DNA of 64,000 bases from a virus (taxonomy: Duplodnaviria; Caudoviricetes), in IMG/VR virus record IMGVR_UViG_2639762784_000001, positions 1 to 64,000 of that record; one strand, given 5' to 3'. The translations under genes and the position numbers were made by a program. Every line of letters begins with the position of its first letter. Positions within the stretch are counted from its first letter, which is position 1. Below, one piece after another: positions 38,980 through 48,682 of the stretch. The notes beneath the pieces are model-generated. The model made no database searches and was not told the origin of the DNA. It saw only the letters and a list, made by a program, of their open reading frames with translations.

Positions 38980-39957
38980 ATGGCCACCCCGCTGTCCGCC
39001 ACAAAGCTTCTCGCCGTACTCAAGGCCGAGGGCTGCAAGGTTGTCGAGTACCGGTCTTGGCGTACCCACAACCGCAACTCCAAGGGCGCCTGGGGTCCCG
39101 TCAACGGTGTCATGATCCACCACACCGTTTCATCAGGCGAAGACTCATCCGTCGCGCTCTGCTACAACGGGCACACCCTCCTGCCCGGACCGCTCTGCCA
39201 CACCGTCGGGGGCAAGTCCGGAAAGCTGTACATGGTCTCCGCAGGCCGCGCCAACCACGCCGGCTCCGGCGACGGCGACGTACTGCGCGCCGTCATCAAC
39301 GAAACCGCACTGCCCGCAGACAACCAGGCCAACACCGACGGGAACTCCCGCTTCTACGGCCTGGAGATCGTCAACCTCGGCAACGGCAAGGACACCTACC
39401 CCGCCACCCAGTACGACGCCGCAGTCCGGTGGGCCGCCGCGATCTGCCGCGCCCACGGCTGGGGCGCCGCATCGGTCATCGGCCATAAGGAGTGGCAGCC
39501 CGGAAAGATCGACCCCCACGGGCCTGTCGAGGGCCGCGGCCCCTTCAACATGACCGCCTTCCGCCGCGACGTCGCCGAACGGCTGAAGAACGCGGCCTCC
39601 TGGAGCTCCGGCTCCACCCCGAGCACGCCCGACACCGCGGAGGACCCCATGGCAGGGATGACCAAGCAGGACATCTACGAAGCGGTGTGGAGGACGGACG
39701 CCATCACCGCGCCCGCCACGGCCACAGACCGCGCCACGAACAAGACATGGGAGCCGCAGTCTTACCTCAAGGACATCGGCAACCGGGTCAGGTCGATGGA
39801 CAGCCGTCTCGCCGCCCAGTCCGCCGCGATCACCGAGCTGACGAGGACCGTCACCCAACTCGCCACCAACAGCGAGTCCCTCGACGCCGACGCGCTCGTC
39901 CACCGCATCGAGCAGGCCATCGAAGCCATCGACATCCGCCTCGAAGTCACCAGCTGA
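38980..39957 (+). CDS. Endolysin, N-acetylmuramoyl-L-alanine amidase
   Basis: VMIHHT, RANHAG, YGLEI, VIGHKEW..KIDP (Amidase_2 motifs). Confidence 0.9.
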   Translation: MATPLSATKLLAVLKAEGCKVVEYRSWRTHNRNSKGAWGPVNGVMIHHTVSSGEDSSVALCYNGHTLLPGPLCHTVGGKSGKLYMVSAGRANHAGSGDGDVLRAVINETALPADNQANTDGNSRFYGLEIVNLGNGKDTYPATQYDAAVRWAAAICRAHGWGAASVIGHKEWQPGKIDPHGPVEGRGPFNMTAFRRDVAERLKNAASWSSGSTPSTPDTAEDPMAGMTKQDIYEAVWRTDAITAPATATDRATNKTWEPQSYLKDIGNRVRSMDSRLAAQSAAITELTRTVTQLATNSESLDADALVHRIEQAIEAIDIRLEVTS

Positions 39958-39984
39958 CCATCCCAGAAGAAACGAGACCTTCTC

Positions 39985-40365
39985 ATGAGACTCATTGCCC
40001 GCGAACCCGCCCTGCTCCTGGGCCTCATCGCCGCCGGCGTCAAGCTCCTCGGCTACGAACTCGACGTGTCCGCCGGAGTCCAGACCGCCATCAACGCCAT
40101 CGCCGCCGGTGTCGTCGCCGTCATCATCGCGTTCGTCGCGAAGAACGGCGCCTGGGCTGCCGCGGTTCTCCAGACCGCGCAGGCCGTCATGGCTTTGTTC
40201 GTCGGCCTGGGGCTCGACTGGTCCGCCGGCCGGCAGGCCCTGTGGATGGCGTCCATCGCCGCAGTGCTGGCTGTCGTGGAGCGGTTCATGGTCACCCCGC
40301 CGCTGGCGACCACCGGCCTCGAGCAGTCCAGCCCGCTCGCCAAGCGCGGCCCGACCGCGGTCTGA
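39985..40365 (+). CDS. Holin-like membrane protein
   Basis: Four TMs, REPA N-terminus, follows the endolysin. Confidence 0.7.
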   Translation: MRLIAREPALLLGLIAAGVKLLGYELDVSAGVQTAINAIAAGVVAVIIAFVAKNGAWAAAVLQTAQAVMALFVGLGLDWSAGRQALWMASIAAVLAVVERFMVTPPLATTGLEQSSPLAKRGPTAV

Positions 40366-40432
40366 ACTGTGACCCTCTGGCGCGCCGCCCGTCGACTGGC
40401 AGCGGCGTCGGCGCGCCACCAGAGGCCAAGGA

Positions 40433-40777
40433 GTGGCACCGGTGAATGAGCTGTCGGCCGTGAGCGTCCTTCTGCCGGGCGGGGCCGGGGCCATCGTGAC
40501 TCTCATCGTGCTGCTCATCCTCCGAGGCAGTCTTGTCGCGCGGGCCGTCCTCGAGGACGTCCGCAAGGACCGTGACGACCGCGTCGCCGAGCTGGCCAAG
40601 GAGCGGGATGCGTGGCGGGAGGCGCATCGGCAGAGCGAAGCCGCACGAATCGATGCACAGAACCAGGTCGGTGAACTCCTCGAACTGTCGCGGATCGCCG
40701 ATCACGTTCTTCGCGCTATGAGAGGGGAGGTGCCTGGGGATGCGATGGATCAGCCGGTTGCTGCGCCGCCGTCCTGA
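40433..40777 (+). CDS. Single-TM coiled-coil lysis-cassette protein
   Basis: TM followed by ERDAWREA coil. Confidence 0.65.
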   Translation: MAPVNELSAVSVLLPGGAGAIVTLIVLLILRGSLVARAVLEDVRKDRDDRVAELAKERDAWREAHRQSEAARIDAQNQVGELLELSRIADHVLRAMRGEVPGDAMDQPVAAPPS

Positions 40778-40985
40778 GCCCGCCCCGCAGCGCCCGAAGT
40801 CCACAGGCAAGCCGTCCGGGCAGCGGGAAGCGGAGCTGGCTCTCTCCCGCGCCCGGGAGGCCCGCCGGCAGGTCGAGGCATACCGTCCGGCCGTCGCGCG
40901 GGTCGCCGCGCGTCTCGCGCGTGAGCGTCAACAGAACCATTTCGCGGAGCTGTTTCGGTCCGCCTTGGAGGGAGGTCAGCGCTGA
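40740..40985 (+). CDS. Small basic lysis-cassette protein
   Basis: RQQNHFAEL motif typical of actinophage lysis regions. Confidence 0.6.
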   Translation: MRWISRLLRRRPEPAPQRPKSTGKPSGQREAELALSRAREARRQVEAYRPAVARVAARLARERQQNHFAELFRSALEGGQR

Positions 40986-41338
40986 TGAACTGGGCGCAGC
41001 TCGCAAACACGGCAGCATCGGGTCTGGTCGCCCTGGCCAGCATGCTCTTTGCTGTCGTCTACCACCTGCACGCACCGTGGCGGTCCACCGCGGTGGGCCG
41101 GCACCTGATGGGCTTCACCCTCGCAATAGGAGCGCTGGGCGCCTACACCGTGGCGATCACGATGTGGCCGGAGGGGGCTCCTGCCTCGGTGCTGCGAACG
41201 ATCCGCACCGCGCTGATGGTGGTCATCGCCGCTCTGGTGGTGCAGCGAATCCACATGGTGATCACCGCCCAGCACCGTGGGGCGCTCCTCGACGCCCACC
41301 CCCCTCACGATCAGCCCGGTCCGCCGCCTTCTGCCTGA
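40985..41338 (+). CDS. Three-TM holin-like protein
   Basis: PWRSTAVGRHLM motif; hydrophobic segments. Confidence 0.65.
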   Translation: MNWAQLANTAASGLVALASMLFAVVYHLHAPWRSTAVGRHLMGFTLAIGALGAYTVAITMWPEGAPASVLRTIRTALMVVIAALVVQRIHMVITAQHRGALLDAHPPHDQPGPPPSA

Positions 41339-41354
41339 ACTGGAGTACACGCAC

Positions 41355-43799
41355 ATGACCATGGTGAACGGCACGCTCCTGGGGGGCGGCGATTCGCGGC
41401 GGGTGGAGATGCGGGCCGCGCTAGTCGATGTGACCGGCGCCCCTGCGGTCGGCTATGTGCCCTCCCTGGAGGGAGAGCTGGTGCGCCCGGTGCCGATCAC
41501 CCCCGACCAGGGTGGGGACTGGTCGGCGGACCTCACCCCGAACAGCCTGATCGAGTCGACGTCCGGGGACACCCTGTGGGCGGTGCAGGAGGGCCGCACC
41601 CTGTCCGGTGTTCCGATCATCACCCACATTCTGGTGCCCGAGGCCGGCCAGTGGTGGGTGGGGCAGCTGCGGGTCGACCTGGCAGACACACAGACCGGTC
41701 AGGGCAGCATCGTCTACGTGCCTGGCGAAGCCGGACCACAGGGGGCACAGGGCCCGGCCGGGCCGGCCGGTACCGACGGCCAGGACGGCACCCCCGGAGC
41801 CCCGGGCGCAGACGGTGAGGACGGGGCATCCGCCTACGAGGTGGCCGTCACGAGCGGGTTCACCGGCACACAGACGCAATGGCTGGCCTCCCTCGTCGGC
41901 CCCCAGGGCGAGCCGGGCGAGCAGGGCGAGCAGGGTCCGCCCGGCGCTGACGGTTCCAACGCGGACGCGGAGGCCTACACCGACACCGCCATGACCGCCG
42001 AAGTGGCGCGCGCGGATGCCGCCTACGAGCCGGCTGGGACCGCGACGGCCGCCGTTTTTGCCCACACCAGCGCGACCGACCCGCACGGGGACCGCGCATG
42101 GGCCGACAACAAGTTCGCCACCCTCACCGCCCTCGGCACCCTCAACGCCACCGTCACCGACCTCGGCGGCGCCGTCACCAACCTCGACGGATTCGTGCAG
42201 GACTGCCTCACCCGGGTCGCCGGAATCGAGCAGGGAACCGCCTGGCTGTCCGCCCTCAACGTCGCCGGGAACGCTCAGATATCCGGTGGGGACCTGACCG
42301 TGTACGACACGTCCAAGGGCTACCGGCTCCGCCGCGGGGGCGCCGACCTGGACCTTGAAGGCACCGGCGCCGACCTCGTCACCAGCGTGTGGTCCGGGAC
42401 CGCGTTCAACGGCACCCAGCACTCCTACGACCGGTACTCCGCAAGCTCCCTGAATGTGCAGCATGCCGGGAAACGCGAGTTCGTGGACGGCCTGTACGGC
42501 GCCGCCCGGCACGTCCTGGACCCCGACAGTGACCGCATCGGCTTCTTCGGCGCCGACCCGGCCGGCCAGCAACAGGTCACCGGAGCCTCACAAGGGGAGA
42601 CGGTGGCGTCTCTGACGGAGGCGCTCGCCGCCTACGGGCTCGTCGTGAACGTGGCCGCCCCCGCGGCGAAGGGCGTGTACGTGCCGAACGGGTGGGGGGA
42701 GCACTGGCGGGCCGCCCGCGACACCGCCAGCGCCACCCCCGCACGAATCGTCACCCTCGGAGGCAGTGCGACGCAGGGCATGTATGCCTCCAACCCGATC
42801 ACCCACTCGTGGCCGGGCCTGGTCCGTACCGCCCTCCAGGCCCAGTACGGGGACGGCGGCTCCGGATATCACACGACGAGTCTGTCCTCGACCGTCCTCG
42901 CCTCGGGAGATGCCGCGGCGCTCGCCGCATGGACGACTGCCGGTGCGATCGTCGGGCAGAGTGGCACCTGGTCCCTGTCCGCGAACCGGTACGGGCCGGG
43001 TATCACCGGCGTGTACACCGACGTGACCGGCTCCACCATGACGTTCACGGTCCGCGGCACCACCGTGAAGATCTACACCATCAGCGGCGGCACCCGCCCG
43101 CCTTTCACCTACGCCATCGACGGCGGCACGGCAGAGACTGTGACCGTGCCCGGCGGAACCGCCGCCGTGCAGGTCACCACCATCACCGACCTCACCCCAG
43201 GCACCCATACAGTGGTCCTCACCTGCGGCACGACCACCACCGGCCAATACCTGACCGTCGCCGGAGCCGCCGGGGAGAACGCCAGCGGAGTCATCGTCGA
43301 CAACCTGGCCCGCGCGGGCGCCGGCTCCGGTTCCTACGCGACGCTGCCGGAGTCGGCGCTGAACGCCACATGGAACGGCGGCATCAACTACCCGGCCAGC
43401 CTGGCCATCTACACGGCCGGACCCAACGACGCATCCAGCGATGTCGCCCCCGACGTGTGGGTGGACAACGTGGCCGCCTGGCTGCGCGGCGTACGAGACC
43501 TGGGCACCTCACAGGGCGCCACGGACATCATCCTCGGCATGCCCCACCTCGGTCGGCACACCACCGCGAACTACCGATACGCGGAGTACGCGGCGCGGCT
43601 GCGCTCGCTGGCGGCGTCGTACAACGCTGCGGTGGTCGACTGGTGGGAGATGGGCCGCAACAGCTGGCCGTACTGGTCCACGCTCGGGTATTGGGGCACG
43701 AACGCGGGCACCGGCGGGGCCGGGACGGACAGCGTGCATCTGTCGAATGCAGGGTTCGCCGCGATGGCCTCCCCGGTCATCGACCTGCTGAAGGCCTGA
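41355..43799 (+). CDS. Collagen-repeat fibre-like protein with C-terminal SGNH/GDSL-like domain
   Basis: GxY repeats; GASAYEVAV..GFTGT..WLASL; LGGSATQG, GPND, DSVHLS blocks. Confidence 0.75.
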   Translation: MTMVNGTLLGGGDSRRVEMRAALVDVTGAPAVGYVPSLEGELVRPVPITPDQGGDWSADLTPNSLIESTSGDTLWAVQEGRTLSGVPIITHILVPEAGQWWVGQLRVDLADTQTGQGSIVYVPGEAGPQGAQGPAGPAGTDGQDGTPGAPGADGEDGASAYEVAVTSGFTGTQTQWLASLVGPQGEPGEQGEQGPPGADGSNADAEAYTDTAMTAEVARADAAYEPAGTATAAVFAHTSATDPHGDRAWADNKFATLTALGTLNATVTDLGGAVTNLDGFVQDCLTRVAGIEQGTAWLSALNVAGNAQISGGDLTVYDTSKGYRLRRGGADLDLEGTGADLVTSVWSGTAFNGTQHSYDRYSASSLNVQHAGKREFVDGLYGAARHVLDPDSDRIGFFGADPAGQQQVTGASQGETVASLTEALAAYGLVVNVAAPAAKGVYVPNGWGEHWRAARDTASATPARIVTLGGSATQGMYASNPITHSWPGLVRTALQAQYGDGGSGYHTTSLSSTVLASGDAAALAAWTTAGAIVGQSGTWSLSANRYGPGITGVYTDVTGSTMTFTVRGTTVKIYTISGGTRPPFTYAIDGGTAETVTVPGGTAAVQVTTITDLTPGTHTVVLTCGTTTTGQYLTVAGAAGENASGVIVDNLARAGAGSGSYATLPESALNATWNGGINYPASLAIYTAGPNDASSDVAPDVWVDNVAAWLRGVRDLGTSQGATDIILGMPHLGRHTTANYRYAEYAARLRSLAASYNAAVVDWWEMGRNSWPYWSTLGYWGTNAGTGGAGTDSVHLSNAGFAAMASPVIDLLKA

Positions 43800-43875
43800 C
43801 CTCGAGGGTGCGACCACCGGCGGGACGGCCGCGCCCTGCTCCGGGCGCCGGATCGCTCGCACGTACGATGACCGG

Positions 43876-44046
43876 GTGAGCACCCCTGCCCCTGCACGTT
43901 CGAAGCCGCCTACGCCCGACTGCGCGCCCTCCCAGATCGGCCCGTGCACGAAGTGCCAGCACCCTTGTCACCGGTACGGGCACGGCGGGAACCCGCTGTG
44001 CGTGGTCTGCCGCCGGGAACTGGAAGCGTGGCGGGCCCGCCAGTAG
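43876..44046 (+). CDS. 56-aa Cys-rich mini-protein (below the ORF-track cutoff)
   Basis: MSTPAP..IGPCTKCQHPCHRYGHGGNPLCVVC. Confidence 0.5.
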   Translation: MSTPAPARSKPPTPDCAPSQIGPCTKCQHPCHRYGHGGNPLCVVCRRELEAWRARQ

Positions 44047-44799
44047 TCAGGGGGCGATGCGTCCGTTGGCGTTGAACGCGGCGTAGGTGAGGGGCATCAG
44101 CTTCGCCCACTCGTTTTCCATGGCCTCGCCGACCATCTCGATCTCGCGCTGGGGAAACGACGGCGTTGTGGCGTCGGGGTGGGTGGTGCGCAGTCCGAGG
44201 AAGTGCATCAGGGAGCGGGCGTTGCAGGTGGCGTAGATCGACGAGTACAGGCCCACCGGCAGCACCGTGCGGGCAACCTCCCGCGCCACACCGGCGGCGA
44301 GCATCGCCTGGTAGGCGTCGTACGCCTGCCGGTAGGAGTTCACGGTGACCCGCTCGGTCAGCTCATGCTGCGCCTGGGTGCCCGCGGTGAACTGGTACTG
44401 GCCGGCCTTCCCTTCCTGGACCAGGCGCCGGTCGGGGCCGGGCACGTAGAAGACGGGCTCGAGTTCCCGGTAGCGCCCGGACTCCTCGTTGTAGGACCAG
44501 CCGGCCCTGTGGCGCATGAACTCGCGGAACACGAAGATGGGGGCGCTGATCAGGAACGTCATCGACGTGTGCTCGAAGGGGCTTCCGTGCCGGTCCCGCA
44601 TCAGGTAGTTGATGAGGCCCCGGTTTCGGCGTGCTTGCGGGTGCTCGGTGTCGGTCTGGTCCCAGGTGATGAGGGAGTCGAGGGAGCGTTCGCCTTGGGT
44701 GGAGACGCGGGCGGCGAAGAGGACGTCGGCGTCGAATGCGGTGTGCTTGACGAGTTGGACGGTGACGTCGCTGCGGAAGGTCGGGGTGGGTGTGGGCAT
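44047..44799 (-). CDS. thyX: FAD-dependent thymidylate synthase
   Basis: HGSPFEH, REFMRHRAGWSYNEESGRY, NARSLMHFLGLR, QREI. Confidence 0.95.
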   Translation of the reverse strand: MPTPTPTFRSDVTVQLVKHTAFDADVLFAARVSTQGERSLDSLITWDQTDTEHPQARRNRGLINYLMRDRHGSPFEHTSMTFLISAPIFVFREFMRHRAGWSYNEESGRYRELEPVFYVPGPDRRLVQEGKAGQYQFTAGTQAQHELTERVTVNSYRQAYDAYQAMLAAGVAREVARTVLPVGLYSSIYATCNARSLMHFLGLRTTHPDATTPSFPQREIEMVGEAMENEWAKLMPLTYAAFNANGRIAP

Positions 44800-44940
44800 G
44801 GTGGGGTTCCGTCCTGCGGGTGGTGAGGTGCCCTCAGTCTGGCCCGGCTCGGCGGCCCGTGTTGCCCCTCGAATTCGGGCGCCCGCGGTCGCCGTCGGCG
44901 CAGGGGAAGGCGGCAAGCAGTTCGGTCATAGGCTCGCGGC

Positions 44941-45522
44941 GTGCTCCTCTCCGACAGAGACCTCCACGCGGCGATACGCGACGGCCGGCTCGGTATCGAT
45001 CCGTTCGATGAGGCGATGCTTCAGCCCGCCAGCATCGACGTCCGTCTCGATGACCGCTTCCGGGCGTTCAACAGCCACGCGCACACGCACATCGACCCTG
45101 CGCTCGATCAGGACGATCTGACACGCCTGGTCCGGGTCGACGACGGCGAGCCGTTCGTGCTGCACCCGGGGGAGTTCGTGTTGGCGTCGACGTACGAGCG
45201 GGTGTCCCTTCCGGACACGCTCGCCGCGAGGTTGGAGGGTAAGAGTTCGCTCGGGCGTCTGGGGCTGGTTACGCATTCCACGGCCGGGTTTATCGACCCG
45301 GGTTTTGAGGGGCACGTGACGTTGGAGCTGAGTAATCTCGCGACGCTTCCGATCAAGTTGTGGCCGGGTATGAAGATCGGGCAGATCGCCGTGTTCGCGA
45401 TGAGTGGGCCGGCGGAGCATCCGTATGGGAGTGCGGTGCGGGGGTCGCGGTATCAGGGGCAGCGGGGGCCGACGGCGTCCCGGTCGTGGCAGGGCTTCCA
45501 CCGGACGGTGCTGCCTCGGTGA
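44941..45522 (+). CDS. dcd: dCTP deaminase
   Basis: [45 protein letters not shown]. Confidence 0.95.
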   Translation: MLLSDRDLHAAIRDGRLGIDPFDEAMLQPASIDVRLDDRFRAFNSHAHTHIDPALDQDDLTRLVRVDDGEPFVLHPGEFVLASTYERVSLPDTLAARLEGKSSLGRLGLVTHSTAGFIDPGFEGHVTLELSNLATLPIKLWPGMKIGQIAVFAMSGPAEHPYGSAVRGSRYQGQRGPTASRSWQGFHRTVLPR

Positions 45523-45639
45523 TGCGTTGAGGGCTCTGCGTAGCGGTTATGATCTGCGTGGCGGGTGCTGACCCACGCATAGCGGAGCGAGTCGGACCAC
45601 GCTTTGACCTCTGAGAACTGCACATCGGTAGCATGAATA

Positions 45640-45686
45640 GCGGTGCCCCCGGCTGCTTTCCTCAGCCGGGGGCACCGCATTTTTGT
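45640..45686. terminator. Hairpin terminator between convergent genes
   Basis: GCGGTGCCCCCGGCTG..CAGCCGGGGGCACCGC followed by ATTTTT. Confidence 0.8.
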
Positions 45687-45695
45687 TCCGTGGGC

Positions 45696-46106
45696 CTATG
45701 CGGCCATGCTGGGGTCGAACCGGTCGTGGGCCGCCCCCTGCCAGATCTCCCAGTCGGTGCTGACGTGCCCGGTGCCAGCCGCCGTTCCGGTGGCGGCCCA
45801 GAAGGGGCGCAGGGTCAGCGGTCCGGACTTCTGCCGCCAGCATCCGTCCGCGTGCACGTCCGGGTAGGCGGTGTGGTTGAACTGGCCGGGCCCGTACAGG
45901 TGGCCGCAGCAGTTCACGCGCCAGTCGATGGCGCGGTGGGACTCGGGGACCCGGCGGCGGTCCATGGCGTCCTGGTAGTGGTGGTGGATGACGTGGTCGC
46001 CGTGGGCTTTGGCGGCTTCGAGGTTGGTGTAGACGCCCAGTGTCTGTTTGAACTTCTGCACGTTCCAGAGGTCGGCGCCAACGTCGGCCATGGTCGGTGT
46101 CCTCAC
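45696..46106 (-). CDS. Hypothetical protein
   Basis: GTGA-coupled; codon bias. Confidence 0.6.
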   Translation of the reverse strand: MRTPTMADVGADLWNVQKFKQTLGVYTNLEAAKAHGDHVIHHHYQDAMDRRRVPESHRAIDWRVNCCGHLYGPGQFNHTAYPDVHADGCWRQKSGPLTLRPFWAATGTAAGTGHVSTDWEIWQGAAHDRFDPSMAA

Positions 46107-46408
46107 TGCTCTCGGTGGTGCCGGTTCACGTGGTTGTTGATGCTCTCCTGGTTGCCCCGGTAGCCGCAGCCGCGCGGGCAGTCCTGCCAGAGTCCCGCGT
46201 CCACGGCGGCCTTGGTGACGGACTTGGTGTCGTCGGGGCCGTAGCCGTGGGCGTGGAGCATCTGGGCGACGGTGCCGCCGTGGTGGAGGGCGAGGAAGGC
46301 GGCTTCGGCGGTCTTGTCGTGCCCGGCGGCGAAGTACCGGCCGTAGCCGATCTCCTTGCCGCAGCCGCAGTAGCAGCGGCCGGTGGGCTGGACGGTGGTG
46401 CCTGTCAT
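46103..46408 (-). CDS. Zn-binding hypothetical protein
   Basis: CYCGCG..FAAGHD..CPRGC..H...H. Confidence 0.7.
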   Translation of the reverse strand: MTGTTVQPTGRCYCGCGKEIGYGRYFAAGHDKTAEAAFLALHHGGTVAQMLHAHGYGPDDTKSVTKAAVDAGLWQDCPRGCGYRGNQESINNHVNRHHREQ

Positions 46409-46410
46409 GG

Positions 46411-46806
46411 TCAGTTCTCCTCGGCGGCGGGGGCCAGGGTGAACGGCTCCCAGATGGCGGCGAGGTACTGACCGCGCTCGGCGAGCCATGCGCGGACGGC
46501 GGGCTCGTCCTCCTCGGTCACGATGCACTCGGTGGAGCGGAGGATCGCCTTGCGCTGGATGACCCAGAAGACGAGCAGCGTGTCCGGCTCGGGGTCCTCA
46601 CCCTCCTCCAGGTACTCGCCGTCGTCACGCTGCCAGTCCCAGCGGAAGACGAGGTTCATGTCCTTGTCGGCATCGCCCCACTCCTCTTGGAACTCGGTCC
46701 ACGAGGCATAGGTGTCGTGCAGGCCGTTCTTGTAGTAGTTGCCCTCCTTGCAGTAGTAGGGATGGTCGATCTCCCATAGGTGGGGCTGAGCCGTGTCGTC
46801 TGTCAT
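46411..46806 (-). CDS. Acidic hypothetical phage protein
   Basis: HLWEIDHPYYC..FRWDW; probably leaderless (TTGTCT..TAGTTT immediately upstream). Confidence 0.7.
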   Translation of the reverse strand: MTDDTAQPHLWEIDHPYYCKEGNYYKNGLHDTYASWTEFQEEWGDADKDMNLVFRWDWQRDDGEYLEEGEDPEPDTLLVFWVIQRKAILRSTECIVTEEDEPAVRAWLAERGQYLAAIWEPFTLAPAAEEN

Positions 46807-47408
46807 GCCGTCAAACTACAGGGCTTGACTATCCAAGACAACCCAAGGATTCCAAGGGTTACGCCGGGAAGTTGACCCGCAGAAAGGGGCCTGGCGCGCC
46901 CGAACTCGGGATCGCCGGTACGCGGAGACCTTCCAGCTCCTCACGGGCCGTCAGGCGCCCGCGTGGCCGATCCGGGCAGAAGGCGGGGCGCCCGACCAAC
47001 TGGTCTACGCTGAGTGCCAGCCGTCAGCCTGATAAGCGGCGCGCCGGACGCATCCACCGTCTGCCGCGCTTGGGCGGTCAGTGGACAGAGGGGCCGGAGC
47101 CGACGGGCGACGGCCCTTCGTCGTTTGTGCACGGGAAGTCGTCCGGGAACATCGCCGTCTGATCTGGGGATTGGTGCATCGACATCCCAACTACCTGCCA
47201 CACCTGGCATGCAGGGCACATGGCGTCCTACCGTAGAGGTGTTGGCTCCTCCTGGGGCTGGTTCCAACTGGTTCGAGAGCGCGGTTCCGCAGGCAGTCCC
47301 TTTGGCGAGGGTGCGGCACCGCGCTTCTCGGCGTTCCCGGGGGATCGCACCGTTTGGTTCCCGATAAGCTCACATATAGCCAGCGATCACGAGAGGTAGG
47401 GGAGCAGC

Positions 47409-47654
47409 GTGGAGTCCGTAGAGATCGAACTGTTCGGAGGGCCAGCGCACGGTATGCATGTGGTCATCCCCGGCGAACCCATGAATCCGCCCGACACCTA
47501 CGAGTTGCAGCAGGCTCCGGCCCACCAGGAGGCAGAGCCCCGCCGTCTCGTCTACCGGAAGGACGCAGAGCCCCGCCGTCTCGTCTACCGGAAGGACTTC
47601 GACACTCTCGGTAGGACCCTGTGGGTGTACCGGTACGAGGAGCAGGTGCTGTGA
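47409..47654 (+). CDS. Small protein with an 11-aa internal duplication
   Basis: LFGGPAHG..YRY; GGGGAG RBS; overlaps the recombinase start. Confidence 0.6.
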   Translation: MESVEIELFGGPAHGMHVVIPGEPMNPPDTYELQQAPAHQEAEPRRLVYRKDAEPRRLVYRKDFDTLGRTLWVYRYEEQVL

Positions 47655-48682
47655 GCACCGAGAACCTTCCCGCCAGACCAGCTGACCGCCCGCCGCTCCC
47701 CACCGAGTTCGACCCCGAGCTCCGCGCCCGCCTCGCCGCCCTCGACACCGCCAGCGACACCCACGCCCGCGAGCAGCGCCCCGACAACACCACCCGCGCC
47801 TACGCCGCCGACTGGCGTGTCTGGGAGGAGTTCTGCGCCCAACTCCAGATCCCCACCGCCGCCGCCACCCGCGGCACCCTGCGCGCCTTCGTCGACTACC
47901 TCTGGACCCGCAAGCAAGCCGCCTACTCCACCATCGACCGCCGCCTCGCCGGCGTCACCGTCACCCTGCGCCAGCAATACTCCGTCGTCGTCGACCCCGA
48001 AGCCACCAAGGCTGCACGCGAGCTGCTGAAGGACTACCGGAAGAAAGCCGCCGAAGCCGAAGAGCCCGAGCGCGGCCGCGGCAAGGCCCCCGCCATGCGC
48101 CTGCACGACCTCCGCCGCATCGCCTCCCTCTGCGGCACCGACATCTTCGGCCTCCGCGACCGCGCCATGCTCCTCCTCGGCTTCTCCATCGCCGCCCGCC
48201 GCGCCGAACTCGCCGGACTCCGCCTGCGGAACATCCGCGACGACGACAACGGGCTCCTCGTCCACGTCGCCGTCTCCAAAACCGACCCCCGCACCGTCCC
48301 CGTCCCCCACGGCACCAGCCCCGACACCTGCCCCGTCCGCGCCTGGAAGACCTGGGCAGCCGCCGCCAGCATCGTCGACCCCGACCGGCACGCCTTCCGC
48401 CGCATCCACCACACCGGCAAAGTCCAACCGCACGGCCTGTCCCCGCAACGCGCCGGCGACCTCATCACCGCCGCCGGACTCCGCGCCGGATACGAGGACC
48501 TTTTCACCGGCCACTCCGTGCGCTCCGGCCTCGCCACCGAAGCCCGCCGCGCCGGCAAGGACCGTAAGGCCATCGCCGCCATCACCGGACACGCCGACGG
48601 CTCCAAGGTGCTGGACGGCTACATGCAGATCGTCGACCAGTGGAGCGAGCAGGACAACGCCCTGATTGGACTCGGACTGTGA
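47651..48682 (+). CDS. Cre-like tyrosine recombinase (probable resolvase)
   Basis: NTTRAYAADW SAM-like domain; RDRAMLLLGF..RRAEL, SKTD, TCPV, GHSVRSG, TGH, Y catalytic set. Confidence 0.9.
   Translation: MSTENLPARPADRPPLPTEFDPELRARLAALDTASDTHAREQRPDNTTRAYAADWRVWEEFCAQLQIPTAAATRGTLRAFVDYLWTRKQAAYSTIDRRLAGVTVTLRQQYSVVVDPEATKAARELLKDYRKKAAEAEEPERGRGKAPAMRLHDLRRIASLCGTDIFGLRDRAMLLLGFSIAARRAELAGLRLRNIRDDDNGLLVHVAVSKTDPRTVPVPHGTSPDTCPVRAWKTWAAAASIVDPDRHAFRRIHHTGKVQPHGLSPQRAGDLITAAGLRAGYEDLFTGHSVRSGLATEARRAGKDRKAIAAITGHADGSKVLDGYMQIVDQWSEQDNALIGLGL

Noticed and set aside
47651-48682. Recombinase as a prophage integrase with att sites
   Set aside because: Cre-like architecture, no att/tRNA junction or host genes visible, and parABS present; resolvase is more likely though integration cannot be excluded
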